A stretch of 64,000 bases of DNA from an uncultured Bdellovibrionales bacterium (GCA_964353175.1 CAYGUX010000002.1:214786-278785); one strand, 5' to 3'; positions 1-8,989 are shown, counted from the first letter of the stretch. Program-made: numbers and translations. The notes: generated from the sequence alone by a model not told the origin.

Positions 1-888
1 TGTTATATGATGGTGCTCTTTAAGTATCTGAACAACTTGCCTTGATAGTGGATATTCAAAAGGTAGTCCGTTCTTACTTGGCTTGTAATGCCAAATAGCT
101 TTCTCCAGATCAAAGTCTTTCCACTCTGCTTGTCTTAACTCTCCAGGACGGACAAAAAGATATGGTGCTAGCTTTAGAGCGGTTGTAGAGCATGAATGCC
201 CTGAATGATACTCTATCACCCTCAAAAGCTCTGCTATCTCCTTAGGATCAGTAATAGCCGGTAAATGCTTTTCTTTAGGAGTTTTAAGTATCCCTTTAAG
301 ATCTTCTGCTGGATTCCTAGATGCTCTCTCTGTAGCAATTGCATAGCGAAAGACCTGAGTACAGATATTCCTTACTCTTGATGCAGTTTCTAAAATACCT
401 TTGTTCTCAAGTTCTCTTAATACTGCTAAAAGATCAGGTGCTGAAATTTCTGCAATTGGACAATCACCCAACTTAGGGAAAATATACTTTATCAATCTAT
501 CATGAGTAGTTTTTGCATGGCCTTTACTAACCTTCTGGCTATAAAGATCAGAATACCACTCAAGAGCAATAGCTTTAAAAGTATTACTAGAAAGCCTCTG
601 TTGTGCTCTTACATCTGATTCTTTCTTCGCCTTGGGATCTATTCCCTCTGAGATTACTTTTCTATGTTCATCTCTCTTCTTTCTAGCTTCTGCTAACCCC
701 ACTTGAGGATAGACACCTAATGCTAAAACCTTTTCCTTTCCATCGATACGATACTTCTGCCTCCAATACTTCCCGCTCTTCTGAACTAGAAGATACAAGC
801 CTCCTCCATCTGAGAGTTTAAAGTCTTTACCTTTATGGGAAGAGGATTCAAGTCCCTTTACGGTGAGTTTGTTAAGTGCCTGTGCCAT
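1..888 (-). mobile_element. int: P4-type tyrosine integrase/recombinase, N-terminal ~295 aa (C-terminus beyond window edge)
   Basis: Reverse-strand ORF starting ATG at 888-886 (MAQALNKLTVKGLESSSHKGKDFKLSDGGGLYLLVQKSGKYWRQKYRIDGKEKVLALGVYPQVGLAEARKKRDEHRK... FVRPGELRQAEWKDFDLEKAIWHY...) reads open to position 1; typical P4/CP4-57 IntA-like N-terminal arm-binding region; lies immediately 3' of tmRNA, the classic integration target. Not in ORF track because it has no stop in-window. Confidence 0.85.
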
Positions 889-905
889 CTGAGTTTTTGC
901 CTACT

Positions 906-988
906 TTGGGGGTACTAAAAATTGAAAGCCAAATGTACCCCCAGAAATACCCCCAAAAGGGCTGGAACGCAATAGATACCCCCAAACT
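906..988. repeat. Clustered short repeats (3 direct copies of tacccccA plus 1 inverted tgggggta) between int start and tmRNA 3' end; putative integrase arm-type binding sites / attL region
   Basis: gtacccccag (935-944), atacccccaaaag (948-960), gatacccccaaac (976-988), inverted tttgggggtac (906-916); position between int and tRNA-like end of ssrA matches attL architecture of P4-like islands. Confidence 0.4.
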
Positions 989-1068
989 TCCTAGGACTTC
1001 AGTAGATTTTTATACTTAGAGATTTTAGTGAGTTAGGACTTCCTGGGATGTTCTCGGAAGCCTGAAAA

Positions 1069-1426
1069 GTGGAGGTGGGGGGAGTTGAACCCCCGTCCGT
1101 AAGTTTGATATAGAAGGCTTCTACGATGTGTAGTCTGAGTATTTTATTTCGCCGCTGACTTATCCCCCAAACACGATGTCAGAGGCTAGTTCGGATAAAT
1201 TTCGGATCATGAACGCCAAACACGAACCTGATCCTAGCCTCAGATAAGCCCCCTAGAAACTCTGAGGCGCAGAATCTAGAGAGGGGCACCAGCTTAAGCG
1301 GCTAGTGCTACAGGAGCGTAATCGTTTTCGTTTGCGATTACTTTGTTGCCGTTTTTTAACCCGGCCAACGGCACCGGGACACGCGACCTAATATACCCCA
1401 ACCTACGTCGAACCCTTTTCACCCCC
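1069..1426 (-). ncRNA. ssrA: tmRNA (ssrA), tag peptide ANENDYAPVALAA
   Basis: Reverse complement begins GGGGGTGAAAAGGGTTCGACGTAGGTTGGGG (canonical tmRNA 5' end) and ends ...ACGGACGGGGGTTCAACTCCCCCCACCTCCA (tRNA-like T-arm + acceptor; 5' GGGGGTG pairs with 3' CACCTCC incl. one G-U). Internal ORF gca aac gaa aac gat tac gct cct gta gca cta gcc gct taa = ANENDYAPVALAA-stop, ending in the typical LAA. Confidence 0.85.
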
Positions 1427-1428
1427 AT

Positions 1429-1466
1429 AAAGAAGTTCTTCCTAAATTCCTTAAGAGAACTTCTTT
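1429..1466. promoter_or_regulatory. 11-bp perfect inverted repeat (aaGAAGTTCTT N16 AAGAACTTCtt) abutting the tmRNA 5' end
   Basis: Arms 1429-1439 and 1456-1466 are exact reverse complements; sits in the ssrA promoter/leader region (possible operator or processing hairpin). Confidence 0.3.
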
Positions 1467-1693
1467 AAACAAGTGAAAAGTTATTAACATTACAATACTA
1501 AGCATTTAGATGCTGGAAGTCAAGGTAGGGTGCTGAAATCGTCAGAAACCAACCCAGACGATCTGAACTTTTTTAAAAGGTAGCTTTAAAGATAATTTTG
1601 CCCTTTAACGTTTATATTATATGGCTTGCGCTAATTGCTCTTTTCTTAAGTTAGCTTTTCCATCACTTAGTGCCATACGGATAAAAAAATAAA

Positions 1694-2578
1694 CTACCTA
1701 TTCTGAAGTTCGTTAAATTTTTGGAAATATTTCCCTACAGGTCCAATGAAATATCCTTGAGCGGTCTTCATCCCTGTCTCCTTGTATGTAGATGACCAAG
1801 ATACCCATAGTCCTTGACCTGGATACTCGGTAACAGTAGCTGATTTAGGGCTCCCTGGGTCATTCGGATCATACACTACATACTTATCATTTTGTTTTTC
1901 TATTATAAACATGTGGGTCGATGCTTTTTTAGTGCCGTCAGGGAATTGTCTCGTCCCCATGCCAATAACGGATGAGATGTGATCTTTATCTGATTCTATT
2001 ATACTATCTAGTTCATTCTTTGATCCAATTTTCAACTGGGGATTTTCGGTTAAGTTAGTTCTAAATGCTTCTGGCCCAATTTTACTTTCCAGGCGGATGA
2101 AATCATTCTTATATTGATTCGCTACTTGAATGCTTATTTCAGTTAGTACTTCTTTGGAGTCTATGGGGGCAGTAGCTCCATTTGCCATAACGACATGACT
2201 TGGTACATCTAAGACTTTTCCTTCCAATATATTACTGTAAATTTTTTTAGATAAGTCAGCACTGCTCATAGAGCGAGCATCCGTAGAAAAGTTACCCTGT
2301 AGAATCTGCTCCATAGCATGTGAAATGCCTACGCAATTTTGAGCGCTATTTAGGGGCATTGATTCAAGTATTTTTTGAGTATTCACTTCCCCTCGCTGCT
2401 GTATAAACTGAGTAGTTATATATTTGCTCTTAATGGCTGGTGATTCCTCGCTGGAAGGGTCGATTGCTCCTTTCGGAAGGTTAAGGTCGCGAAACTTCGG
2501 GGAGGAAAGTTCTAATGATTCTTTTCCCGATGTTGTACTAGACTGCGGTTTGAAATTTTGTTTGGAGAATTCTGTCAT
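1694..2578 (-). CDS. Hypothetical 294-aa protein; polar low-complexity N-terminus followed by a possible Cys-His-Asp (papain/YopT-like order) catalytic arrangement
   Basis: Long ORF; Cys in NCVGISHAMEQ (~res 82), His in KASTHMFII (~res 222), Asp/Asn in VVYDPND ~12 aa later; spacing resembles C58/YopT-AvrPphB type proteases but no confident match by eye. Confidence 0.5.
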   Translation of the reverse strand: MTEFSKQNFKPQSSTTSGKESLELSSPKFRDLNLPKGAIDPSSEESPAIKSKYITTQFIQQRGEVNTQKILESMPLNSAQNCVGISHAMEQILQGNFSTDARSMSSADLSKKIYSNILEGKVLDVPSHVVMANGATAPIDSKEVLTEISIQVANQYKNDFIRLESKIGPEAFRTNLTENPQLKIGSKNELDSIIESDKDHISSVIGMGTRQFPDGTKKASTHMFIIEKQNDKYVVYDPNDPGSPKSATVTEYPGQGLWVSWSSTYKETGMKTAQGYFIGPVGKYFQKFNELQNR

Positions 2579-2629
2579 AAAACCTATTTAGGCATTTTAA
2601 TAGCTTGAAAATATGCGGCCCACTAATTG

Positions 2630-2647
2630 TTAGAATATTAATTCTAA
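2630..2647. promoter_or_regulatory. Near-perfect 18-bp palindrome TTAGAATATTAATTCTAA about 50 bp upstream of the 1694-2578 gene start
   Basis: 7-bp exact arms ttagaat/attctaa around atta; operator-like position. Confidence 0.3.
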
Positions 2648-2932
2648 TGTTTATTCCTAAGCAAAAATAACATCCCCATCAGAATACCCATTGACCTATT
2701 ATCCTATTATGACAAGAATAGAGGTGTCTGGTGCTTTCGAAGTTCATTTTTTTGCCGCGCCTTTGGTTGCAATAAGGTTAAGTTGTTAAGAAGAGATAGA
2801 GACCCTAGCTTTCTCTATAGATCAAGCAATCTGGGATATTAGAAGAATCAACGGCCTTATTATTAATATGAAGTAAGGAGAAATATTAGTATTAGCCTTT
2901 CTATAGGAGCTTCACTCAACGTAGTGGTTAGG

Positions 2933-4675
2933 CTAAATCGCCTCTTCGCGAATAGCCTTTCGTTGATTTCCTTCAAGGTTCTTATATATATATCCTGCAT
3001 AATAGAATAAGCTTCCGAGTATAACCAACGATATTATTTTAGCTCCTTGAGCACTACTTGATAAGTCCATAAATAGAACTTTATAGGCTACTACTACAAA
3101 TAGTACCATTGTGGTTGTTGCTAGTTTTTTGGATAGTGATTCTTTGGCGACAAGTAGTAGAACTAGTGCGCTTACTCCCCAGGCAATAGATGTCACAAGA
3201 GAGGAAGATGTATGACTCAGTAGAAATTCTGCTATATGCTTTTCTGCATATAGTAATTCGAGTATCGATAGTAGGTAGAAAGGTTCGCTAGCATTCTTTA
3301 TCGCGGAGTTTTTAGTTTTTCGGATCTCATTGCCAAAGAATAGAAGTCCAATGCTGAAGCCGAGGTTCACGATGATTGTAGAAGGTGTTGCTGTGCTAGG
3401 AATGAAGGATTTAAGAATTTCAATGATAAAAATCCAAGAGAGAGTAAGCTTAGCTGGCCAATATTCTCCCTCATCCTTTATGTAGGTAGAGAATTTTAAA
3501 ACAAAGAATAGTACTGCTAGGCCAAACCAAGGTGCAATACTTTCAGGGACTATATTAAGGTACCCTGCATGGAGAGTAATGAATGCAAGATAGGTTGCGA
3601 GCATTGGCAAGCTATTAAATGTTTTATTAGGTAGGCTGCTTTTCGCAAGTAAATATCCGAGAATGGCAAGGCCACCAAACATAAGGGCAATCCATGGGGC
3701 TAGGTCACTATAAATCTTATTGAGAATATAATATTCGGTTGTATAAAATAACAGTAGCGCTGGAAAGAGTGACCAAGCTTCAGTACTGCTTAGTGGGTTA
3801 TCTACTTTTAAGGAGTAAACAATCGTTGCGATTAGAAACAAGATAAATTGTAGTGCTTGAAAACTTACTATAAATGTTAGATCATCTATAGCCATTCCAC
3901 TTATTCTATCTGTTGCTATCATGAAGAAAGTGAATATTCCCAAGTAAGAAATTGCTCCTATAAAAAGCCTGTTTTTTAGAGCTATAGAGATCCATGAGTA
4001 GGCTATGCCCCATATTAAGTAGTAGGCGCCGAGTTTGTAGATATTCATCGTGTTAGTTTGAAGCATTGCTGGAATGAGGTAGGTCCCGAGCATGGCTGCT
4101 ATTGCGTAATAATTTTCTTTAAAATTATGAAATAGATAAATACAGGCTATGGAGACTAGATTAGCTAAAAATAGTGCGACGTATATATTGTAGAGATCGT
4201 AGTACATGTTCCCAGCGAAAGCGGACATGTAAATAATGGCGATTCCTGTTCCGGCTAGGATGCTAGAATACTTTTGATCTTTTTCTCTCAGTCTCAAACT
4301 TGTAAATACTAGTGTAAATCCAAATAGAAATGCTCCTCCAACTTGTCTCATTGGGGTTAGCCATCCTGAGTTGATGGCAAATTTAATAAAGTAACTTGCG
4401 GCTAGGAGGAAACATATAGAGGCTACAATTCCAAAAAACTTTGAGTTGTCGTTTTTGGTTGAGTGATTATTGGGGATTGTTTTTATTCTAGATGGAATAT
4501 CGTAGGTGTCTATTTTAGTAATTGCAGGTTTCGGAGGGCTTGCAGTTGTCACTTGATAAGACGGGTGTGCCGACCTATCAAGATTCCCTGTCAGAATGTT
4601 TTTAATAGAGGTGATGTCCCCCTCCATTTTTGAGATCTTTTGTTCTAATGTGGAAAGTCTGTTTTGTTCGTTCAT
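2933..4675 (-). CDS. Polytopic membrane protein (>=12 predicted TM helices) with N-terminal coiled-coil segment; DUF2339-like architecture
   Basis: N-term MNEQNRLSTLEQKISKMEGDITSIKNIL then long series of hydrophobic helices rich in F/Y/L/I; resembles DUF2339 family organisation (from memory). Confidence 0.6.
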   Translation of the reverse strand: MNEQNRLSTLEQKISKMEGDITSIKNILTGNLDRSAHPSYQVTTASPPKPAITKIDTYDIPSRIKTIPNNHSTKNDNSKFFGIVASICFLLAASYFIKFAINSGWLTPMRQVGGAFLFGFTLVFTSLRLREKDQKYSSILAGTGIAIIYMSAFAGNMYYDLYNIYVALFLANLVSIACIYLFHNFKENYYAIAAMLGTYLIPAMLQTNTMNIYKLGAYYLIWGIAYSWISIALKNRLFIGAISYLGIFTFFMIATDRISGMAIDDLTFIVSFQALQFILFLIATIVYSLKVDNPLSSTEAWSLFPALLLFYTTEYYILNKIYSDLAPWIALMFGGLAILGYLLAKSSLPNKTFNSLPMLATYLAFITLHAGYLNIVPESIAPWFGLAVLFFVLKFSTYIKDEGEYWPAKLTLSWIFIIEILKSFIPSTATPSTIIVNLGFSIGLLFFGNEIRKTKNSAIKNASEPFYLLSILELLYAEKHIAEFLLSHTSSSLVTSIAWGVSALVLLLVAKESLSKKLATTTMVLFVVVAYKVLFMDLSSSAQGAKIISLVILGSLFYYAGYIYKNLEGNQRKAIREEAI

Positions 4676-4905
4676 GGTATTGAGTTATGTTTTGGCGGTT
4701 GGTCTTAGAGGGTTCGCTCTTGTACGTCATCGTATGCTTGAGGATAGTAACAGCAGAATAGAGTTCAAACAAGTTTGTTTTTCTTGAAAGCCTGTTTTTG
4801 GGGATGCTAAAATTTCTTTCTTTGGTGCTAAATAAAGGTTTTTGACTAAAACTTTGGTTATGATATCTGTAGGAAGGACTTATCTTTAATAGTAAGAGCA
4901 CTAGA

Positions 4906-5958
4906 ATGGATTTTAAGATGCATCAATCACTTGCCCAATTGCCTTTTTATAAAATTTTAAATGGGCCAACACCATTAGAGGTTTTGGGGGATTCGATTGA
5001 GGTTGCTGATAGGTTTAAAAACTCTCATCCTCTTGTGAAGCATGCTAACATTTTAATAAAACGTGATGATCTGACTCCAGGGTTTGGAAACAAGACTCGA
5101 AAATTAGAGTATCTTCTGCACGATGTTCTTACTACTAAAAGCGATTGTATCATTACCGCAGGGGGACCTCAGTCTAATCATTGTAGGCAAACCGCGCAGT
5201 TTGCAAGGAAGCTGGGTATTGAAACTCATTTAATGTTTGGAACAAAATCTGGTTCTAGAGACTTTGATCTTAACGGTAACCCATTTATTGATACTTTGTT
5301 TTCAGCTCATATTCATACTTGTAAAAAACCTGAAAGAGCTCAGCAGATGAAACGTTTGAGAAAAGGGTTAGAACAGGAAGGTAAACTACCTTATGTAATT
5401 CCTGTTGGAGGTTCAAACTACTTAGGAACGATTGCATACGCACGTGCTTTCTTCGAAGTTTTAGATCAGAGTGAAAAGCTTGGGAGTACTTTTAGTAAAA
5501 TTGTTTTTGCGAGTAGTTCTGGAGGGACTCATGCTGGTTTAGTTTTGGGTAAGAAGTTAGCTAATTGGCGTGGTGATATTGTGGGTATAAGCATTGATCA
5601 GGTTCCAGATTGTGAAGAGGATCAGGAAGATCAGAAGTATGTAAAATTCATGACCGGTATTGCAAATGATGCTATTAGGCACCTTGGGGTAGATATGGAA
5701 GTTTTGGAGTCAGACTTTAGTATGAATTATGATTATCTTCAAGATGGTTATGGGGTATTGGGGGAGATTGATAAACTGGGTGTTCATACCTTAGGCAATC
5801 TTGGGATACTTTCTGGCCCTGTGTATAGTGGTCGGGCGTTCGGGGCTCTAATTGATCTTTTGTCTAAGGCTAGCTTTAGTTCTGATGAAAATATTTTATT
5901 TTGGCATACTGGGGGAGTTGGTGAGTTGGAAGTTTATAGGAATGGATTATTGAGTTAA
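4906..5958 (+). CDS. PLP-dependent D-cysteine desulfhydrase / ACC deaminase family enzyme
   Basis: Motif GFGNKTRKLEYLL (GNKxRKL signature of ACC deaminase/D-cysteine desulfhydrase family), ~350 aa, GG...HxG regions. Confidence 0.8.
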   Translation: MDFKMHQSLAQLPFYKILNGPTPLEVLGDSIEVADRFKNSHPLVKHANILIKRDDLTPGFGNKTRKLEYLLHDVLTTKSDCIITAGGPQSNHCRQTAQFARKLGIETHLMFGTKSGSRDFDLNGNPFIDTLFSAHIHTCKKPERAQQMKRLRKGLEQEGKLPYVIPVGGSNYLGTIAYARAFFEVLDQSEKLGSTFSKIVFASSSGGTHAGLVLGKKLANWRGDIVGISIDQVPDCEEDQEDQKYVKFMTGIANDAIRHLGVDMEVLESDFSMNYDYLQDGYGVLGEIDKLGVHTLGNLGILSGPVYSGRAFGALIDLLSKASFSSDENILFWHTGGVGELEVYRNGLLS

Positions 5959-5962
5959 AATT

Positions 5963-6307
5963 ATGGATAGGGAATCTGATATTCAGTTGGAATTTGAAGA
6001 GATAGTATCTGAGGGGTCTGCTGGGCTGAGTGTTTTGAGTTTAAATCAAATGCTCTTAGTCGCATATTGCGTTATCGTTACCTTCTTGCTTGTTTTTTCA
6101 GTCGTTTCACCTTTTTCTTTGAAGAGCACTACTTTTGGCATTCCGACACTTATGCTTGTGTTGACTCTTGGCGCAGTTTGGATGGTTTTACTTATTGTAT
6201 TGGCCTATCGTTTTATATTTTGTAAGTGGTCTGAACTTATCGACAATCGCGGTAGCTATGTTGATCTTGATCCTAAGGGAGATAGTTTACTTCAGGAGGA
6301 GAAATAG
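5963..6307 (+). CDS. Small 2-TM membrane protein, likely accessory 'small subunit' of the downstream sodium:solute symporter (DUF4212/DUF485-like)
   Basis: 114 aa, two hydrophobic helices, stop TAG overlaps GTG start of symporter by 1 nt (translational coupling). Confidence 0.5.
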   Translation: MDRESDIQLEFEEIVSEGSAGLSVLSLNQMLLVAYCVIVTFLLVFSVVSPFSLKSTTFGIPTLMLVLTLGAVWMVLLIVLAYRFIFCKWSELIDNRGSYVDLDPKGDSLLQEEK

Positions 6308-7728
6308 TGACTTACATAATTGCTGGTATAATTCTTACATATATATTTTTTAGTATCTGGATTGGATTTAGGGCTTCTAAGGTGGGAGTGGATAGTTCTG
6401 AAGACTATTTTCTTGCAGGGCGTACTGTGTCGTGGGTGCATCTTAGCCTGACTATTTTTGCTACTTGGTTTAGTACTTTTACTTTTCTTGGTTATCCAGG
6501 ATTTTTTTATACTAGGGGTGCAAGCTGGTATTTGACTACTATCTTGTATCTTCTTTCAGCTCCATTTGTTGCTTGGTTTGTTGGAAGAAAGCTTTGGTTG
6601 TTGGGCAGAAAGAAAGGCTATATTACGCCTGCAGATCTTTTGGCTGATTACTATCGTAGTTCAGGAATCCGTACCACAGTGGCTATTATTTGTATCCTTG
6701 CTTTGGTTCCTTACAGTTTGATTCAGTTTGTAGGAATCGGTAAGGTCGTTGAGGCTTCAACGGATGGAGCTTTGCCTTATTGGTTGGGTGTTGGCTTAGC
6801 GGCGTTTGCAACTGCTGTATATAGCACCATTGGTGGTGTTCGTGCGATTATCTGGACAGATATTCTGCAAGGCTCTTTATTCTTTGGAGTGATTCTTTTA
6901 GGCGCATACGTAGTGATAGATAGTAGTGGGGGGATCTTTCACGGTTTTAGTTCTGTTTTGGAAGTGAAACCTGAAATATTCAGTGTAGAAAAGGGTGAAG
7001 TGGGATCTGCATTAACTTTAGCTTTTATTTGGACGATTGGTTTCGCGGTATTGCCTCATATCTGGCAACGAGCTTATATGGGGGAGTCAGCTAAGGCTGT
7101 ATCTAAGAGTATCCCTTTATTTGCCATACTTTCCCTTGTGCTGGTAACTGCAACGATGCTTACTGGGGTGTTGGGTGTCGCGTTAGTAAGTGGGATTGAG
7201 GATAGTGATAAATATATTCCCCAGTTATATGAGAGTTATCTTCCTTGGGCATTGCCACTTTTAGTTTTAGCAACTTTTGCGGCGGGAATGTCAACGATCG
7301 ATTCTCAGCTGCTTTGTGTATCTTCGGTTTTAGTTCGTGATATTGTTCGTCCTATGTCTGGAGGGGATTTAAGCCCAAGTACTGAAAAACTAATTGGTAG
7401 AGTTGTGGTGCTGACCTTAATTCTTGTGTTGACTATTCTGGCGCTTATGCCTGGTAGTCAGGGTAGTATTATTCTGCTTGCGAGTAAGGGGGCCACTATA
7501 GCTGTTTTATTATTTTTACCCCTAATTTGTTGTTTAAATGGTTTTAAGGTTTCAGGGCAGGCAGCTCTGGCATCGCTTATTTTGGGTGGTTTTGTTTTAG
7601 GTGTTTTGGAATTTAAGGTAGTAGAATTTAGGATGCCATTTGACCTTGGTCCCATATTTTTTGTTGTGTTTATTCAAGGCATTATTCTTTCCACATATAG
7701 AGTTTTCAAGGGTAGAGTCGTTTCTTAG
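6307..7728 (+). CDS. Sodium:solute symporter (SSS family) permease
   Basis: DYFLAGR motif near N-terminus, 13 TM-like segments, 473 aa. Confidence 0.8.
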   Translation: MTYIIAGIILTYIFFSIWIGFRASKVGVDSSEDYFLAGRTVSWVHLSLTIFATWFSTFTFLGYPGFFYTRGASWYLTTILYLLSAPFVAWFVGRKLWLLGRKKGYITPADLLADYYRSSGIRTTVAIICILALVPYSLIQFVGIGKVVEASTDGALPYWLGVGLAAFATAVYSTIGGVRAIIWTDILQGSLFFGVILLGAYVVIDSSGGIFHGFSSVLEVKPEIFSVEKGEVGSALTLAFIWTIGFAVLPHIWQRAYMGESAKAVSKSIPLFAILSLVLVTATMLTGVLGVALVSGIEDSDKYIPQLYESYLPWALPLLVLATFAAGMSTIDSQLLCVSSVLVRDIVRPMSGGDLSPSTEKLIGRVVVLTLILVLTILALMPGSQGSIILLASKGATIAVLLFLPLICCLNGFKVSGQAALASLILGGFVLGVLEFKVVEFRMPFDLGPIFFVVFIQGIILSTYRVFKGRVVS

Positions 7729-7866
7729 AAAGTCTATATTTATTCTCTTTTCAATCTTTGCCAATCTGACTAATTAAATTTTTTTGAGCCAGCGAAGAAA
7801 TTTCTACGATAATGTATTGTGGCTTATTTTTGTTATTTTACAGTATTTTAATTCTAGGAGTTCCTT

Positions 7867-8499
7867 ATGAAATTATTGCCTGTTGAAACGAAGTTCTTAA
7901 TAGATTCAGAGGAAGTAAGAAGTCTTTTGGATTCTGAATTAGGTTTAATTGATCTTGGGGAGGCTTGGCTTTCTTTGGGTCAGGACTACTCTATTACGCT
8001 AGGGAATGGTTTAGGCGATGCGGATGAGTTTAATTTCCTTTGTTTAGTTCTAAGCAAGGTAATAGATTCAGAATCTGAGGCTGTAGCTGAGCTATACTAC
8101 TCCATAGATGAAGTTAGAAAGATTTTTGGGGATATGAAACTTATAGAAGACTTTGTTTCTCGTAATCCAAATGCAGAACCTTTTGAACCTAAGTTAATCG
8201 TAGATGATGATAGGTTGGAGCAATATGAACTTTCTAAGGGCTTCTACTTTCATGAGGGGTTTGTGGGGGTGGCAAATAGTTTTAAAGAAGCAATTCCTTT
8301 TATGTTAATGCATGCCATGTCAGAAGGGGGAGGGGCAAATCTTTCTTATCTTCCTGATTCTTACTATGAAGATATGGTGTTGGATGAAGATGATGAAGGG
8401 ATGGAGAATGAGGGTAAGGTTCTATTCTGCGACTCTTACTTTTCAGATAAGGCTTTGGGGTGTGCTTTTCATGGGAGTCATTATTTTATTCGAGAATGA
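7867..8499 (+). CDS. Hypothetical acidic protein (210 aa), no recognisable domain
   Basis: Long ORF with consistent codon usage; D/E-rich. Confidence 0.45.
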   Translation: MKLLPVETKFLIDSEEVRSLLDSELGLIDLGEAWLSLGQDYSITLGNGLGDADEFNFLCLVLSKVIDSESEAVAELYYSIDEVRKIFGDMKLIEDFVSRNPNAEPFEPKLIVDDDRLEQYELSKGFYFHEGFVGVANSFKEAIPFMLMHAMSEGGGANLSYLPDSYYEDMVLDEDDEGMENEGKVLFCDSYFSDKALGCAFHGSHYFIRE

Positions 8500-8557
8500 G
8501 GTAGTTGAGGCATGTCTGGGTTAAGGCTCTGTTTTTATGCATTTTTATACTTCTTTA

Positions 8558-8584
8558 CCATTGTAGCTATTGTAGCTACAATGG
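8558..8584. promoter_or_regulatory. Perfect 12-bp inverted repeat CCATTGTAGCTA-ttg-TAGCTACAATGG overlapping the start of the Phd/YefM-like gene; putative autoregulatory operator
   Basis: Exact reverse-complement arms 8558-8569 / 8573-8584. Confidence 0.45.
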
Positions 8585-8895
8585 TACGTATGAAAGCGGT
8601 CGGCATAAAAGCATTGAAAAATGAACTGAGTCATTATCTTCGTTTGGTTAAAGAAGGTGAGCGTATTTTTATTACTGATCGCGATGAGGTAATAGCTGAG
8701 CTTCGACAGCCTTCTATGTCCTATGTTGGGTCGGTGTCAAAATTTGATAGCTTTATGACTGAGTTGGTTCAGAAGGGGGAGGGAACAAAGGCTAGCTTAC
8801 TTCTTGCAGATACTGATATTCATGACGGAACTTTAAGTTGGGAGGGTGTATCTGCTGTAGATGCTTTGAATTCATCAAGAGAGGATAGGGACTAG
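8581..8895 (+). CDS. Phd/YefM-family antitoxin-like protein (orphan; no adjacent toxin), with ~30-aa C-terminal extension
   Basis: MVRMKAVGIKALKNELSHYLRLVKEGERIFITDRDEVIAELR matches Phd/YefM N-terminal fold pattern (..ITRxGxxxAVL..). ORF track start 8512 includes a hydrophobic leader that I consider unlikely; ATG at 8581 or 8590 preferred. Confidence 0.6.
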   Translation: MVRMKAVGIKALKNELSHYLRLVKEGERIFITDRDEVIAELRQPSMSYVGSVSKFDSFMTELVQKGEGTKASLLLADTDIHDGTLSWEGVSAVDALNSSREDRD

Positions 8896-8989
8896 GTGCC
8901 GAGCTTGGATTTATAAGTCTGTAGTTTGTTTTAAGCAGTTTATTCTGAGTGTTTTATTCTAAGGCTCTTGCCTTTTTGATTCTTGTTTT

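Noticed and set aside
4596-4901. Overlapping ORFs 4596-4787(+) and 4602-4901(-), plus many other 60-110-aa ORFs nested antisense or out of frame inside larger genes (e.g. 9108-9443, 9807-10052, 10584-10865, 20107-20541, 23365-23655, 28483-28845, 58341-58676)
   Set aside because: Embedded in or antisense to strongly supported genes, odd composition, no independent signals; treated as spurious six-frame artefacts.
8512-8580. ORF-track N-terminal extension of the antitoxin-like gene (MSGLRLCFYAFLYFFTIVAIVAT...)
   Set aside because: The extension is the translation of the palindromic operator itself; real start placed at 8581/8590.
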